This document shows positions 33,703 to 48,800 of a stretch of DNA of 64,000 bases, one piece after another. Position 1 is the stretch's first letter. Each line of letters opens with the position of its first letter. Position numbers and translations under genes: made by a program. The notes below the pieces were generated by a model. That model worked only from the letters and a program-made list of their open reading frames with translations, did no database searches and was not told the origin of the DNA. The stretch is from Macrostomum lignano (lineage: Eukaryota), in assembly GCA_002269645.1 (NCBI GenBank), contig NIVC01001830.1:62001-126000 (forward strand). The letters are read 5' to 3'.

Positions 33703-36651
33703 ATGGCTCCTAAAAACGAGCGAGTTAGGTACTTTCTGGAGACCTACGGTTCGTTTCTAGTCGGCTTAATTAACGTGAGCATGCTCACGGCCAGCATAGT
33801 GAATCTGTGCATGGCCGTGGCGCTGCCCTTGCAATTCTCCGAGCTATTCGTGGTCAATGTCCTCCGGCCGTGGGCCACTGCGAGCACCGTGTGGCTCTCC
33901 AGCTTCTGCATCGGCGGCGCGGCCAATTCCCTGCTGGCATCCAGCATCCGCTACGCCAGGGTTGGTCGAGAGCGGATTCGAGCCAACGAATTTCAGAATG
34001 CCAACACACTGCAGATGCTGAGCGTGAATCGGTGGGTTTATTAATTGCTTTTTGTTTTGAGTTCATCAACCGGTTGGCGATCAGGATGGCCAAGCAGCGG
34101 CTGTGTGGACTGGGTATACTGTATAGAAAAATCTTGAAATTTATACTTATTAAGTACAGTTGTACTAGTTTATAAGTACTCTCGCGGTTGGTTGGTGCTG
34201 GTGCCCCTGGTGCTAGAGCCCCTGGTGCTGGTGCCCTTGGTGCTGGCTCCCCTGGTGCTAGAGCCCCTGGTGCTAGTGCCCTTGGTGCTAGAGCCCCTGG
34301 TGCTGGCTCCCCTGGTGCTAGAGCCCCTGGTGCTGGTGCCCTTGGTGCTGGCTCCCCTGGTGCTAGAGCCCCTGGTGCTGGTGCCCTTGGTGCTGGCTCT
34401 CCTGGTGCTAGTGCCCTTGGTGCTATAGCCCCTGGTGCTGGCTCCCCTGGTGCTAGAGCCCCTGGTGCTAGTGCCCTTGGTGCTAGAGCCCCTGGTGCTG
34501 GTGCCCCTGGTGCTAGAGCCCCTGGTGCTAGTGCCCTTGGTGCTAGAGCCCCTGGTGCTAGTGCCCTTGGTGCTAGAGCCCCTGGTGCTAGTGCCCTTGG
34601 TGCTAGAGCCCCTGGTGCTAGTGCCCTTGGTGCTAGAGCCCCTGGTGCTAGTGCCCTTGGTGCTAGAGCCCCTGGTGCTAGAGCCCCTGGTGCTAGTGCC
34701 CTTGGTGCTAGAGCCCCTGGTGCTAGTGCCCTTGGTGCTAGAGCCCCTGGTGCTAGTGCCCTTGGTGCTAGAGCCCTTGGTGCTAGAGCCCCTGGTGCTA
34801 GTGCCCTTGGTGCTAGAGCCCCTGGTGCTAGTGCCCTTGGTGCTAGAGCCCCTGGTGCTAGTGCCCTTGGTGCTAGAGCCCCTGGTGCTAGTGCCCTTGG
34901 TGCTAGAGCCCCTGGTGCTAGTACCCTTGGTGCTAGTACCCTTGGTGCTAGAGCCCCTGGTGCTAGTGCCCTTGGTGCTAGAGCCCCTGGTGCTACGAGC
35001 CTCGTTAAGCCCCAGAAAATACTGGAAAATTCGTGGCGTATAAATCCACAAATCTGAACTCGAACAAAATGGCTTACTAACGGCTGTACGTTATTGGTTG
35101 CACGTCTTGCGTGCATGAAAATGGGCCGTATGAATAAAAAAAAGAAATTTTTTTCTTGCAAGAAATCCAAGAATTTCTTGCGTTTATAAGAATAAAAAAC
35201 TGCGAGTTTTTGCAAGATTTTCTCGCCAAGAAAATCTCGAGCTTTCACAAGAAAAGATTTGCTCGGCAAGAAAATCTCACGAGGAAAAGATTTTCTTGCT
35301 TTCTGATGAATAAAAGACGTGATTTTCTCGCCGAGAGAGCCGACACTTGAGTTTTATGCGAGCAACTCTTTCTCTGGCTCAAGCGAATCTTCAGCGCCCA
35401 TAACACGAGACACGAGATGCTCCTTCAGATCAGAAAGACCAAGGAGTACCTGCCCCGACAGGCCACTCCAGTGGAGACATATAGACAGCTTCATCGATTC
35501 ACTGAGGATCACGTGACCTTTCTGACAACGCGCTTCCTAGGACATACTTCCGAGACAAGGGGCGGTGCGCTGACACCGAAACAGAAGATGGAGATCACGC
35601 TGCGGTACCTGAGCAACCCTGGCTTTCAATCCGGTGTTGCCAAGGAGACAGGTGTTCATCAAAGCACGGTGTCAAATGTTGTTTGGGACGTCCTGCAGAG
35701 TATCGCGCGGCTGTCTCACGAATGGATTCAATTTCCACAGGAAGGTGCTTCAGCGAACCGTGCTAAGGCACAGTTCACTGAAGCAATGGGCTTCCCGTCG
35801 GCCATCGGGGCAATTGACTGCACGCATGTGAGGATCGAAAAGCCCTCAGGAGCAGCCGGTGACGAGTACATCAACCGTGTTTCTGGGCTCCTGCAAAGAG
35901 TAATCACGATATACATGTAAAAAATTGGCAACCATTCGATGCCAGGACGCTCAATCTCAGGGTAAAATTTCAAAGCAAAGTGACTTTCCTGTCACCTGAT
36001 GTTCAGGTAAACTCCACATGGATTTTGCCACTTTCTAGTAGGATTTTTCTGGACGGATTTTCGGTGTTCACGTGGTTTTAGCCATAGACACAGCATGGGC
36101 TGCGCCCAAGCCTGAGGAGACGGCCGTCGATTCCACGTCACCGACATCTTGGTTTGGGCCCTAGACAACTTTCAGCCAAGTGGCAGTCGCCGAGAAAATC
36201 TCACGAGCCGAGAAACTTTTATTCATGTCTTTTCTAGAATATCTTGACTCGTAAGATTTTCTCCAACAGATTTTCTTGCCGGAAAAGAATTTCTTTAAAG
36301 AAATTCTTGGCTCGAAGGATAATCTTTAAAGATTTTCTCACGTTTTATTCATACGGCCCAATGTTTTACAGCATGAACCCAAACCCACAAAACTGTAGCT
36401 GGACACTCATGTTTAACATGTGTCCCTGTCTGCTGCTCTGCCTCTGCTGCTACTGGAACCTGGTGCTGTGTCCCTGCTACGAGTTCCGACCATCGATTCA
36501 GTACTCGAATTTGCTTCGGATCGGATGCCTGCGCCTGACCCAGCACGCCTTCTTGATGACTCTGTTCGCCTTCATGCTGCAGCTGGCCAGTTTCACATTT
36601 ACTCTCACCGTCAAGCACTTCGCCAAGATGAAAGCCATAAAGAATGCTTAG
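33703..36651 (+). CDS. Orphan membrane protein, 2-exon model, 202 aa, Cys-rich
   Basis: Exon 33703-34031 (two hydrophobic segments, ends CG|GTGGGT) joins in phase to exon 36372-36651 (TTTTACAG|C, Cys-rich loop, hydrophobic C-terminal segment, TAG). Confidence 0.55.
34190..34995. repeat. 15-bp minisatellite (GGTGCTAGAGCCCCT)n
   Basis: More than 50 copies; source of the ORFs at 33854-35269. Confidence 0.95.
35123..36359 (+). mobile_element. Internally deleted PIF/Harbinger transposon with transposase fragment
   Basis: TIR GGGCCGTATGAATAAAA, 3-bp TSD AAT (35120-35122, 36360-36362). ORF 35417-35920 has the HTH (LRYLSNPGFQSGVAKETGVHQSTVS) and GFPSAIGAIDCTHVRI (first catalytic Asp of DDE_Tnp_4); remainder missing. 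Confidence 0.92.
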
Positions 36652-36711
36652 AGAGAGAACAGCAGGGTCTGGCTGTATTGGTGTGAGGTGGCTGGCCTAA
36701 CAAGGGGGTAG

Positions 36712-37150
36712 AAATATATTAGAATTGAGCCAACGAATGTACGCGTGGAGTGAGGTGGACGTGTGCTAGTGCGTGAGGTGGTTGGCTCAAAAAGGGTTAG
36801 AAATATCAATGTTAGAATTCAGCCAACGAATGTACGCGTGGAGTGAGGTGGACGTGTTCTAGTGCGTGAGGTGGTTGGCTCAAAAAGGGTTAGAAATATC
36901 AATGTTAGAATTCAGCCAACGAATGTACGCGTGGAGTGAGGTGGGCGTGTGCTAGTGCGTGAGGTGGTTGGCTCAAAAAGGGTTAGAAATATCAATGTTA
37001 GAATTCAGCCAACGAATGTACGCGTGGAGTGAGGTGGGCGTGTGCTAGTGCGTGAGGTGGTTGGCTCAAAAAGGGTTAGAAATATCAATGTTAGAATTCA
37101 GCCAACGAATGTACGCGTGGAGTGAGGTGGGCGTGTGCGAGTTCGTGAGG
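36712..37150. repeat. 93-bp tandem repeat, about 4.5 copies
   Basis: Period measured from GTTGGCTCAAAAAGGG at 36781 and 36874. Confidence 0.92.
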
Positions 37151-37609
37151 TGGTTTGCCTGTAGAGGTGGAATTTTGTAAAGTACACGCGACCTTGACAA
37201 AGTAACACGATGTGAATTGAAAACTTGTTTTTTAAACGTTGTTAGAGGTTTTTCTGTTCTTTTCAGCAGTTACATGCAAGTCTAATTATTTATGATTTTT
37301 TAAATAAACCTTATTGTTCAGTGTTCAGATACGAGTGAACGTACTTGCAGGGTTCGGCCATCGATGTCTTTGATCGGAAGCATTTCAGGCTTCAGTGCAG
37401 AAAAAGCAAACACTTATATGTAATTTCTGGCCTGGCCTCCGGTCAGATGGTCAGCTCCAAGGTAGCATAGCAGGGCCCTATAGCTTAGAGAAGACAGCGA
37501 AATACAAGCAAGGAAAAGTTGATGGAAAAAATCAGCTAATCCGGAGATTAAGCTAATCTGACGCCACCAACCAAGCCAGCTCTCTCAAAGTCGTTTTAAT
37601 CTATCTAAT

Positions 37610-37630
37610 GTCTCTACCTATGTCTATCTG

Positions 37631-37691
<61 letters not shown>

Positions 37692-37732
37692 GTGTCTATC
37701 TATCTATCTATCTATCTATCCATCTATCTATG

Positions 37733-37787
<55 letters not shown>

Positions 37788-37808
37788 TTATCTATCCATC
37801 TATCTATG

Positions 37809-37882
<74 letters not shown>

Positions 37883-37915
37883 ATCTAATCTTATCTAATC
37901 TAATCTAATCTAATC
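37610..37915. repeat. (TCTA)n microsatellite grading into (TCTAA)n
   Basis: Direct inspection. Confidence 0.97.
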
Positions 37916-38312
37916 TAAACTAATGTTTCTATCATCTTAGAATTTAACCACACGCAGGGGGAGGGAGGAAAGACAAGCTGGCAAAGTAATGCAGCTGGTT
38001 GCTGGGTGGCCTGCACTCCTGGCTGCTAATAGAGCTTGCGGACTCTTCTCATCTTACAGTTACCTGAGGCAGGTGCACACAGATGAGTCTGTCAGCTATT
38101 ACTCTATTCTATTTGCTTTTCAATTTCTTTCTATCCAAGCAATGTACTCCCATCCACTGCCGTACTCGCTTGTACCAGCAGCAGCAGCAGTAGCTCAAGT
38201 TTCTATGCATCTTGGTTGTCAAGATAAAAGAGAGAGAGCTTAAAGTGAGCATCAAATTTTGGCGCAGACTCAGTATAGACCAAATAGTTTCTTTAGTTTA
38301 CAGAATCACAAA

Positions 38313-40907
<2,595 letters not shown>

Positions 40908-41253
40908 GTGAGCTGCCGTGTAGCCGGTGCTTGTAGAATTCCCTGCAATATCAGATCAGACACCTCAAAGAGGCAGAATTCCCCGCACTTCAGACACCAC
41001 AGTTCAGCGGTACACTTTCCAGAAAAATTGCCACAACTGTCTGAAACTACCTCTTGCCCCCTTCCTCACACCCGGCAGGTCAGCCAGTGAGCCAGTCTTC
41101 TCACCAGAGCCTTCGCAGGGCCACGTTCGGTGACAAAGTTTAACTATGCTCATATATAATAGAAAACTGATCCATGTGATTGAGAAATTCCAATCGTTAA
41201 AAAATCTCACTGTTATGAATAATTTTTTCCTAAATAAATAGATTGTTTCTGAT

Positions 41254-43026
41254 CACGCCTCCCCTGAAGAGAGAATTCGGTCGATACAATGTGCCCTGAA
41301 AACTACTGATTTCCCATGAATCCATGACCCAGCAGAAGTCCAAAAAAGCAATCCTAGAAGTCCTATCGCATTGTCTGCACAGTGTACAGGTATGCAAAAT
41401 ATTACAGTGACTTTAGTTGATATCGGTATAGAATGAAACTAATCCATTCTGCCAGAGCCTCAGAAGTTGGCCTTTCATGGCTGAGTATCGCCTCAGGCCA
41501 ATCGCACGGAATCGAACCAACTATACATGCATACATTTTTCGCAAGAGGCAGCTGCTCAGCCTCTCAATTGCTTCATCAGTTGTTTATTATTAGGGTGCG
41601 GCCGGGCTCTGGCGGCCCGTCTCTGTTCTGTCCAGCTCTCGGCCTGCCCAGGACAGTGCGGGACTCACATATAGGCTGATTTTGGATTTCACACGGTTTA
41701 TCTGTGCACTGCGGCTGCCTGGCTTTTTTATTGCATTTTGCACTTGGTGACCGGCACTTCAGCATTTCACTGCTGAGATTTGTCAACTCGAAAGCTCAGC
41801 TTCTCTACTCTCCATAAGATCCCAGCTCAGCTTCTTTGTTCTCTATCAGATCCCAGCTCAGATCATGCAGACTCCGCTCAATAAACGCTTGTTTTCTCAT
41901 GCTTCTAGAAAGCGCTAAACTATCAAAAAAATGCAGCTGGCTGGCAGCCCAGCCTCCGCCCGTCATCTCTGAGCACAGAAGCGAAGGTGCAGTGAGGGGG
42001 CAGGCAGGGTGCTAAAGCACAATGCAGAGTCTCCATTGTGCAAGGCTGGGGCTGCAACTCTTTCGGGAGCAGCTGCCACTGCAGCCTCAGACAGCTCAGC
42101 TTTGCGCTGGTCATCTCGGCAGCCTCATCGCTAAATGAATCTCCAAGCTTCATCTGGAACGGCCCCACCCAGCTCAGCACTCGCAGTGCGACAGTCTGGC
42201 GTCATAAAAGCCCGCAAAGAGAAAACTACTCGAGTTCGCAATCACCCCATACTGGCCTCTCGAACCACCCAACCCCGCAACTCCTGCCTGAGATAATAAA
42301 TAAGTCTAGCTAGAATGCAGCTCCATTCAGCTCACTACTCAAAACAGACCGAGTACAGCACTGCTGGTTGCCCCCGGAGTCTGCCAAACTGCAGGGAGGC
42401 TGACAGAGCGGTGAGCTGGCCTGAGAATAGCGAGCGAGCAGAGATACAGAGAGGTTAAGCTGGCCTCTCTAACCACCCGCTGCCTACAGCTCGACTGCGT
42501 TTTGTCTTAAAAAGCCATTGTGACCATGCTCGCATATCATAATTCGATGGCTCTCAGGCCATTCAGTGCGTGCTCAAGCCTGTCTGTTGCTGCTGGCTGC
42601 AGGTGGCAGGAATGCAAAATGCAGCGAATTGCTGCGGCCGAGAGCTGGACAGAGTGGAGACGGGCTGCCGGAGCTCGGCTGCACTTTAGTAGTAGACAAC
42701 TGATGAAGCGGTTGAGAGGCTGAGCGGCTGCCTCTTGCGAAGGATGTGTGCATGTATAGTTGGTTCGATTCCGTGCGATTGGCCTGAGGCGATACTCAGC
42801 CATGAAAGGCCAACTTCTGAGGCTCTGGCGGAATGGATTGGTTTCATTCTATACCGATATCAACTAAAGTCACTGTAATATTTTGCATACCTGTACACTG
42901 TGCAGACAGTGCGATGGGATTTCTAGGATTGCTTTTTTGGACTTCTGCTGGGTCATGGATTCATGGGAGGTCAGTAGTTTTCAGGGCGTGTTGTATCGAC
43001 CGAATTCTCTCTTCAGGGGAGGCGTG
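41254..43026. mobile_element. Non-autonomous Chapaev-like (CMC) DNA transposon with approx. 390-bp TIRs
   Basis: Long inverted repeats at about 41254-41645 and 42635-43026, CAC...GTG termini, 4-bp TSD TGAT (41250-41253, 43027-43030). Confidence 0.8.
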
Positions 43027-43179
43027 TGATATATTTACTTTCAGAAAGCAAATTTTATCAAGTTTCATCCTCTAGCAATGGCAAAGGTTCTGAGTTCGAT
43101 TCTGCAATGCTGTCATGTTAAATTGGAGTTTAAAATTGACTCATTCTGGCTGTGCAGTTCGCGCCGATGGAATAAAGAT

Positions 43180-43960
43180 GGATGGAGACTCACTGCAGTG
43201 TGAGATGGGAGACTCACTGCAGTGTGAGATGGGAGACTCACTGCAGTGTGAGATGGGAGAGTCACTGCAGTGTGAGATGGGAGACTCACTGCAGTGTGAG
43301 ATGGGAGACTCACTGCAGTGTGAGATGGGAGACTCACTGCAGTGTGAGATGGGAGACTCACTGCAGTGTGAGATGGGAGAGTCACTGCAGTGTGAGATGG
43401 GAGACTCACTGCAGTCTGAGATGGGAGAGTCACTGCAGTGTGAGATGGGAGACTCACTGCAGTGTGAGATGGGAGACTCACTGCAGTGTGAGATGGGAGA
43501 CTCACTGCAGTGTGAGATGGGAGACTCACTGCAGTGTGAGATGGGAGAGTCACTGCAGTGTGAGATGGGAGACTCACTGCAGTGTGAGATGGGAGACTCA
43601 CTGCAGTGTGAGATGGGAGACTCACTGCAGTGTGAGATGGGAGACTCACTGCAGTGTGAGATGGGAGACTCACTGCAGTCTGAGATGGGAGACTCACTGC
43701 AGTGTGAGATGGGAGACTCACTGCAGTGTGAGATGGGAGACTCACTGCAGTGTGAGATGGGAGACTCACTGCAGTGTGAGATGGGAGACTCACTGCAGTG
43801 TGAGATGGGAGACTCACTGCAGTGTGAGATGGGAGACTCACTGCAGTGTGAGATGGGAGACTCACTGCAGTGTGAGATGGGAGACTCACTGCAGTGTGAG
43901 ATGGGAGACTCACTGCAGTGTGAGATGGGAGACTCACTGCAGTGTGAGATGGGAGACTCA
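43180..43960. repeat. 24-bp minisatellite (GAGACTCACTGCAGTGTGAGATGG)n
   Basis: About 32 near-identical copies; the unit contains the palindrome CACTGCAGTG. Confidence 0.96.
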
Positions 43961-44479
43961 GTCTGATGGGATGAGACTGGATAAAGGAAAGAGAAAATCA
44001 CGAAATTCAACCTTCATTTTAACTTGAAGCGACAGATTCCAAGAAATTCAAAGCAAACAAACAATTAGCACTAGAAAAGTGTTTATTATAAAAATTTCAG
44101 CATCGCATGCAGTTGTAATGTTGGATCAAAGAAATTCAAACTAGTTTTGTACACAAAAATAAATCGGAGATCTACAACAAACAAATAATAAGAAGAACTT
44201 CGTAAGCTTTGGCTGTCTGTGGGCTGAAAGCGGGCCGGGCAATGCAACAAAATATGAATTTCAGGTCGTTGGATCGACAAATGAAAAGCTGCGTTTTTTT
44301 GTTTTTAATTTGGGGGCTTAAAATTACACCGTAAAACTTTCTTTCTAGTTTTCAAGCCACAGGCGAAGCTTTCACTTGCAACTATACTACTCTAATAAAG
44401 TAGTGCTTTAGGAGATTCGAAAAGAAAATAAAAAAACAACCTCTAGTTTAAAATGATGCTTTGCTGATAGTTGAAATCT

Positions 44480-45830
44480 ATTGGTGTCTATCTGACATCT
44501 ATTCGGTATCTATCTGACATCTATTCGGTGTCTATCTGACATCTATTTGGTGTCTATCTGACATCTATTCGGTGTCTATCTGACATCTATTATGTGTCTA
44601 TCTGACATCTATTATGTGTCTATCTGACATCTATTCGGTGTCTATCTGACATCTATTCGGTGTCTATCTGACATCTATTCGGTGTCTATCTGACATCTAT
44701 TCGGTGTCTGTCTGACATGTATTATGTGTCTATCTGACATCTATTCGGTGTCTATCTGACATCTATTCGGTGTCTATCTGACATCTATTTGGTGTCTATC
44801 TGACATCTATTTGGTGTCTATCTGACATCTATTTGGTGTCTATCTGACATCTATTATGTGTCTATCTGACATCTATTATGTGTCTATCTGACATCTATTC
44901 GGTGTCTATCTGACATCTATTCGGTATCTATCTGACATCTATTTGGTGTCTATCTGACAACTATTTGGTGTCTATCTGACATCTATTATGTGTCTATCTG
45001 ACATCTATTATGTGTCTATCTGACATCTATTATGTGTCTATCTGACATCTATTATGTGTCTATCTGACATCTATTCGGTGTCTATCTGACATCTATTCGG
45101 TGTCTATCTGACATCTATTCGGTGTCTGTCTGACATGTATTATGTGTCTATCTGACATCTATTCGGTGTCTATCTGACATCTATTCGGTGTCTATCTGAC
45201 ATCTATTTGGTGTCTATCTGACATCTATTTGGTGTCTATCTGACATCTATTTGGTGTCTATCTGACATCTATTATGTGTCTATCTGACATCTATTATGTG
45301 TCTATCTGACATCTATTCGGTGTCTATCTGACATCTATTCGGTATCTATCTGACATCTATTTGGTGTCTATCTGACAACTATTTGGTGTCTATCTGACAT
45401 CTATTATGTGTCTATCTGACATCTATTATGTGTCTATCTGACATCTATTATGTGTCTATCTGACATCTATTATGTGTCTATCTTACATCTATTCGGTGTC
45501 TATCTGACATCTATTCGGTGTCTATCTGACATCTATTCGGTGTCTATCTGACATCTATTATGTGTCTATCTTACATCTATTCGGTGTCTATCTGACATCT
45601 ATTCGGTGTCTATCTTACATCTATTCGGTGTCTATCTGACATCTATTCGGTGTCTATCTGACATCTAATCAGCATCTAGCTGACATCTATTATGTGTCTA
45701 TCTTACATCTATTCGGTGTCTATCTGACATCTATTCGGTGTCTATCTGACATCTATTCGGTGTCTATCTGACATCTAATCAGCATCTAGCTGACATGTAT
45801 GCGGCATCAATCTGACATCTAATCTAGCTG
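44480..45830. repeat. 22-bp minisatellite (TGTCTATCTGACATCTATTCGG)n
   Basis: About 60 copies abutting the TTLL11 stop codon. Confidence 0.96.
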
Positions 45831-45833
45831 ATC

Positions 45834-48800
45834 TCAAATGCTCGGCAGGAAGCCGGTCCCATTCGCCACCCCAGTGTCAGTCTCGCCCTCGCCCTCGCCA
45901 TTCCAGCAGTCCTCAAACTCCTCATCACCGTCCGCTTCCAATTCCAAACCGCTCGGCTCTCGCTGTCCGTAGTAAAACAAAACTTTCCGGTGTACTCCGG
46001 GACCGCCGGTTTTCTCCGTCAACGCCTGCGGCTTCCTCCGCTGCTGCTGCGACGGCTTCTTTCTCGACTGCTGCTGCGCCGCCTTTGTCAGCGACTGCTG
46101 ACGGCTGACGATGGTTTCGCTGGCGGCGAAGCTCCCGCTGAAGCTGCCGCCACCGAGGCCCATGCAGCGGCAGCAGTGGTCGGCTAGGCGGGCCACCGCC
46201 TGCAGAGGGCTCGAGGCCGGGTCCCGCTGCTCCGCGATCTTGAAGAAGGCCTCCACGAAGCCCTGGAAACAGAGGCCTGGATGACGGGATGCGGGAGGTG
46301 AAGGTTTGATTAGCAGCCAATCAGTGGGGATCTGCAACCAATCAGTGGGGATCTGCAACCAATCAGTGGGGATCTGCAACCAATCAGTGGGGATCTGCAA
46401 CCAATCAGTGGGGATCTGCAACCAATCAGTGGGGATCTGCAACCAATCAGTGGGGATCTGCAACCAATCAGTGGGGATCTGCAACCAATCAGTGGGGATC
46501 TGCAACCAATCAGTGGGGATCTGCAACCAATCAGTGGGGATCTGCAACCAATCAGTGGGGATCTGCAACCAATCAGTGGGGATCTGCAACCAATCAGTGG
46601 GGATCTGCAACCAATCAGTGGGGATCTGCAACCAATCAGTGGGGATCTGCAACCAATCAGTGGGGATCTGCAACCAATCAGTGGGGATCTGCAACCAATC
46701 AGTGGGGATCTGCAACCAATCAGTGGGGATCTGCAACCAGTCAGCAGCATGCTCACCGGCAGTGGGATCTGAGCTCAGGTACTCCCAGCGCCGCTGCATA
46801 TCGATGTACATGATGTCGACCGAGGCCAGCGGCAGTCCGCTCTCCTGCAGCCGGCATTTGCGAGCAAAATTTCTAAAAGCGGTGGAGCCCAACTTCAAAT
46901 TGGTTCGCACTCCGATGGCAGCTAAGAAAATCTCTTTGAGCCCCTCAAGCACGCGCAGATCCTGCAGCTGTTTGTGCTTGGCGGGGAAAATCTCCTCCAT
47001 GCAATTGTCTTCATCGTCCTCGTACTCGTCATCGTACGGATGATGCTGCGGACGGCCCTCGGCTGAAGCGGCTGCCGAGGCTTCACGGCTGCCCTTGGCG
47101 GAGACGTTGGCGCGGTTGGCGCGGATCCAGTTGCGCCGCCGCCTGCCGCCGTGCCGTTGCGGCTGATGGTGGTGATGATGGCGCGGATGCTGCTGCAAGC
47201 TGGTCGGCGGCCGGCCCTCTGGCTGGCAGCCCGTGACCTCGACGCTGACACCCACAGGGGCGGCGGCTTCCACTGTCTTGGACGGCGGCACCTCTGCTGG
47301 CTGAGGCAGCGCCGGCGGCGGCGGAGAAGCGGGCGGAGACGGCGACGAGGAGGAGGAGGTCAGGCAGCGCGGCGGCGGCGACGGCAGTCGGAGTCGACGA
47401 TTGGCGGGGCCCCGCGCCGCTACAGCCGCCTGTTGCGGCGGCCGCGCTGACGACGCCGCGAGAAGCTTTGGCGCCGTCCCCGACGATGCTGCTGCGCCGC
47501 CCCGCAGCTGCCGGCCACCATTGAGGGTCGCCACGGACAGCTCCGGCTTCTGCCGTCCCGTTGATGAGGAGGGCCTTCGGGTGGCGGGGTAAACAGGGGT
47601 CTCAGGTTTTTGCTTTGGAGGGATTTGCTAATCTAGCCTACATCAATGAAGGAATAGAGTGGATTGCTAATCTAGCCTACACCAATGAAGGAATAGAATG
47701 GATTGCTAATCTAGCCTACATCCATGAAGGAATAGAATGGATTGCTAATCTAGCCTACACCAATGAATGAATAGAATGGATTGCTAATCTAGCCTACATC
47801 AATGAAGGAATAGAATGGATTGCTAATCTAGCCTACATCAATGAAGGAATAGAATGGATTGCTAATCTAGCCTACATCAATGAAGGAATAGAATGGATTG
47901 CTAATCTAGCCTACATCAATGAAGGAATAGAATGGATTGCTAATCTAGCCTACATCAGTAAAGGAACAGAATGGATTGCTAATCTAGCCTACATCAGTGA
48001 AGGAATAGAATGGATTGCTAATCTAGCCTACATCAATGAAGGAATAGAATGAATTGCTAATCTAGCATACATCAGTGAAGGAATAGAATGGATTGCTAAT
48101 CTAGCCTACATCAATGAAGGAATAGAATGGATTGCTAATCTAGCCTACATCATAAAGGAATAGAATGGATTGCTAATCTAGCCTACATCAATAAAAAATG
48201 AACAGAATGGATTGCTAATCTAGCCTACATTAATCTATGATTAATGCACACATGAACCAAAGTCTGTAAAATGGATTGCTAGTTTATCTCCCCAGGACTC
48301 ACGAGGCAGCAGGCAGGCTACTCAGCGGCCTCATCATGGACTCGACGAGCTGCAGGGTGTCGTGCACCAGCGGCTTTTTCACTTGCACATCGATGACGCT
48401 GACTGAGTACTCGTTGATTCCTGGCACAAGTTCGTTCTCAAAGTCCAGCCGGAGGCTGGGACTGTTGTTCACCTCCAGCAGCATGGGGGTCAGGTCGTCC
48501 AGAATCATGATGTCGAATCCCAGGATCTGATGGAGGTCATTGGGATACGGGATGATTGGAGGCGCCGATTGCGCAAGATTTCTCAATCTTGACATTCTTC
48601 TTCTGTCTTGAGAATCTCACTTCGTCTTGCAGACTCCCCCTATCTTAGGAATCCCCTATCTTAGGAATCCCCTATCTTTGGAATCCCCTATCTTTGGAAT
48701 CCCCTATCTTTGGAATCCCCTATCTTTGGAATCCCCTATCTTTGGAATCCCCTATCTTTGGAATCCCCTATCTTTGGAATCCCCTATCTTTGGAATCCCC

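Noticed and set aside
36712-37150. CRISPR-like array (also considered for 43180-43960 and 60337-62070)
   Set aside because: No unique spacers, no cas genes, eukaryotic context.
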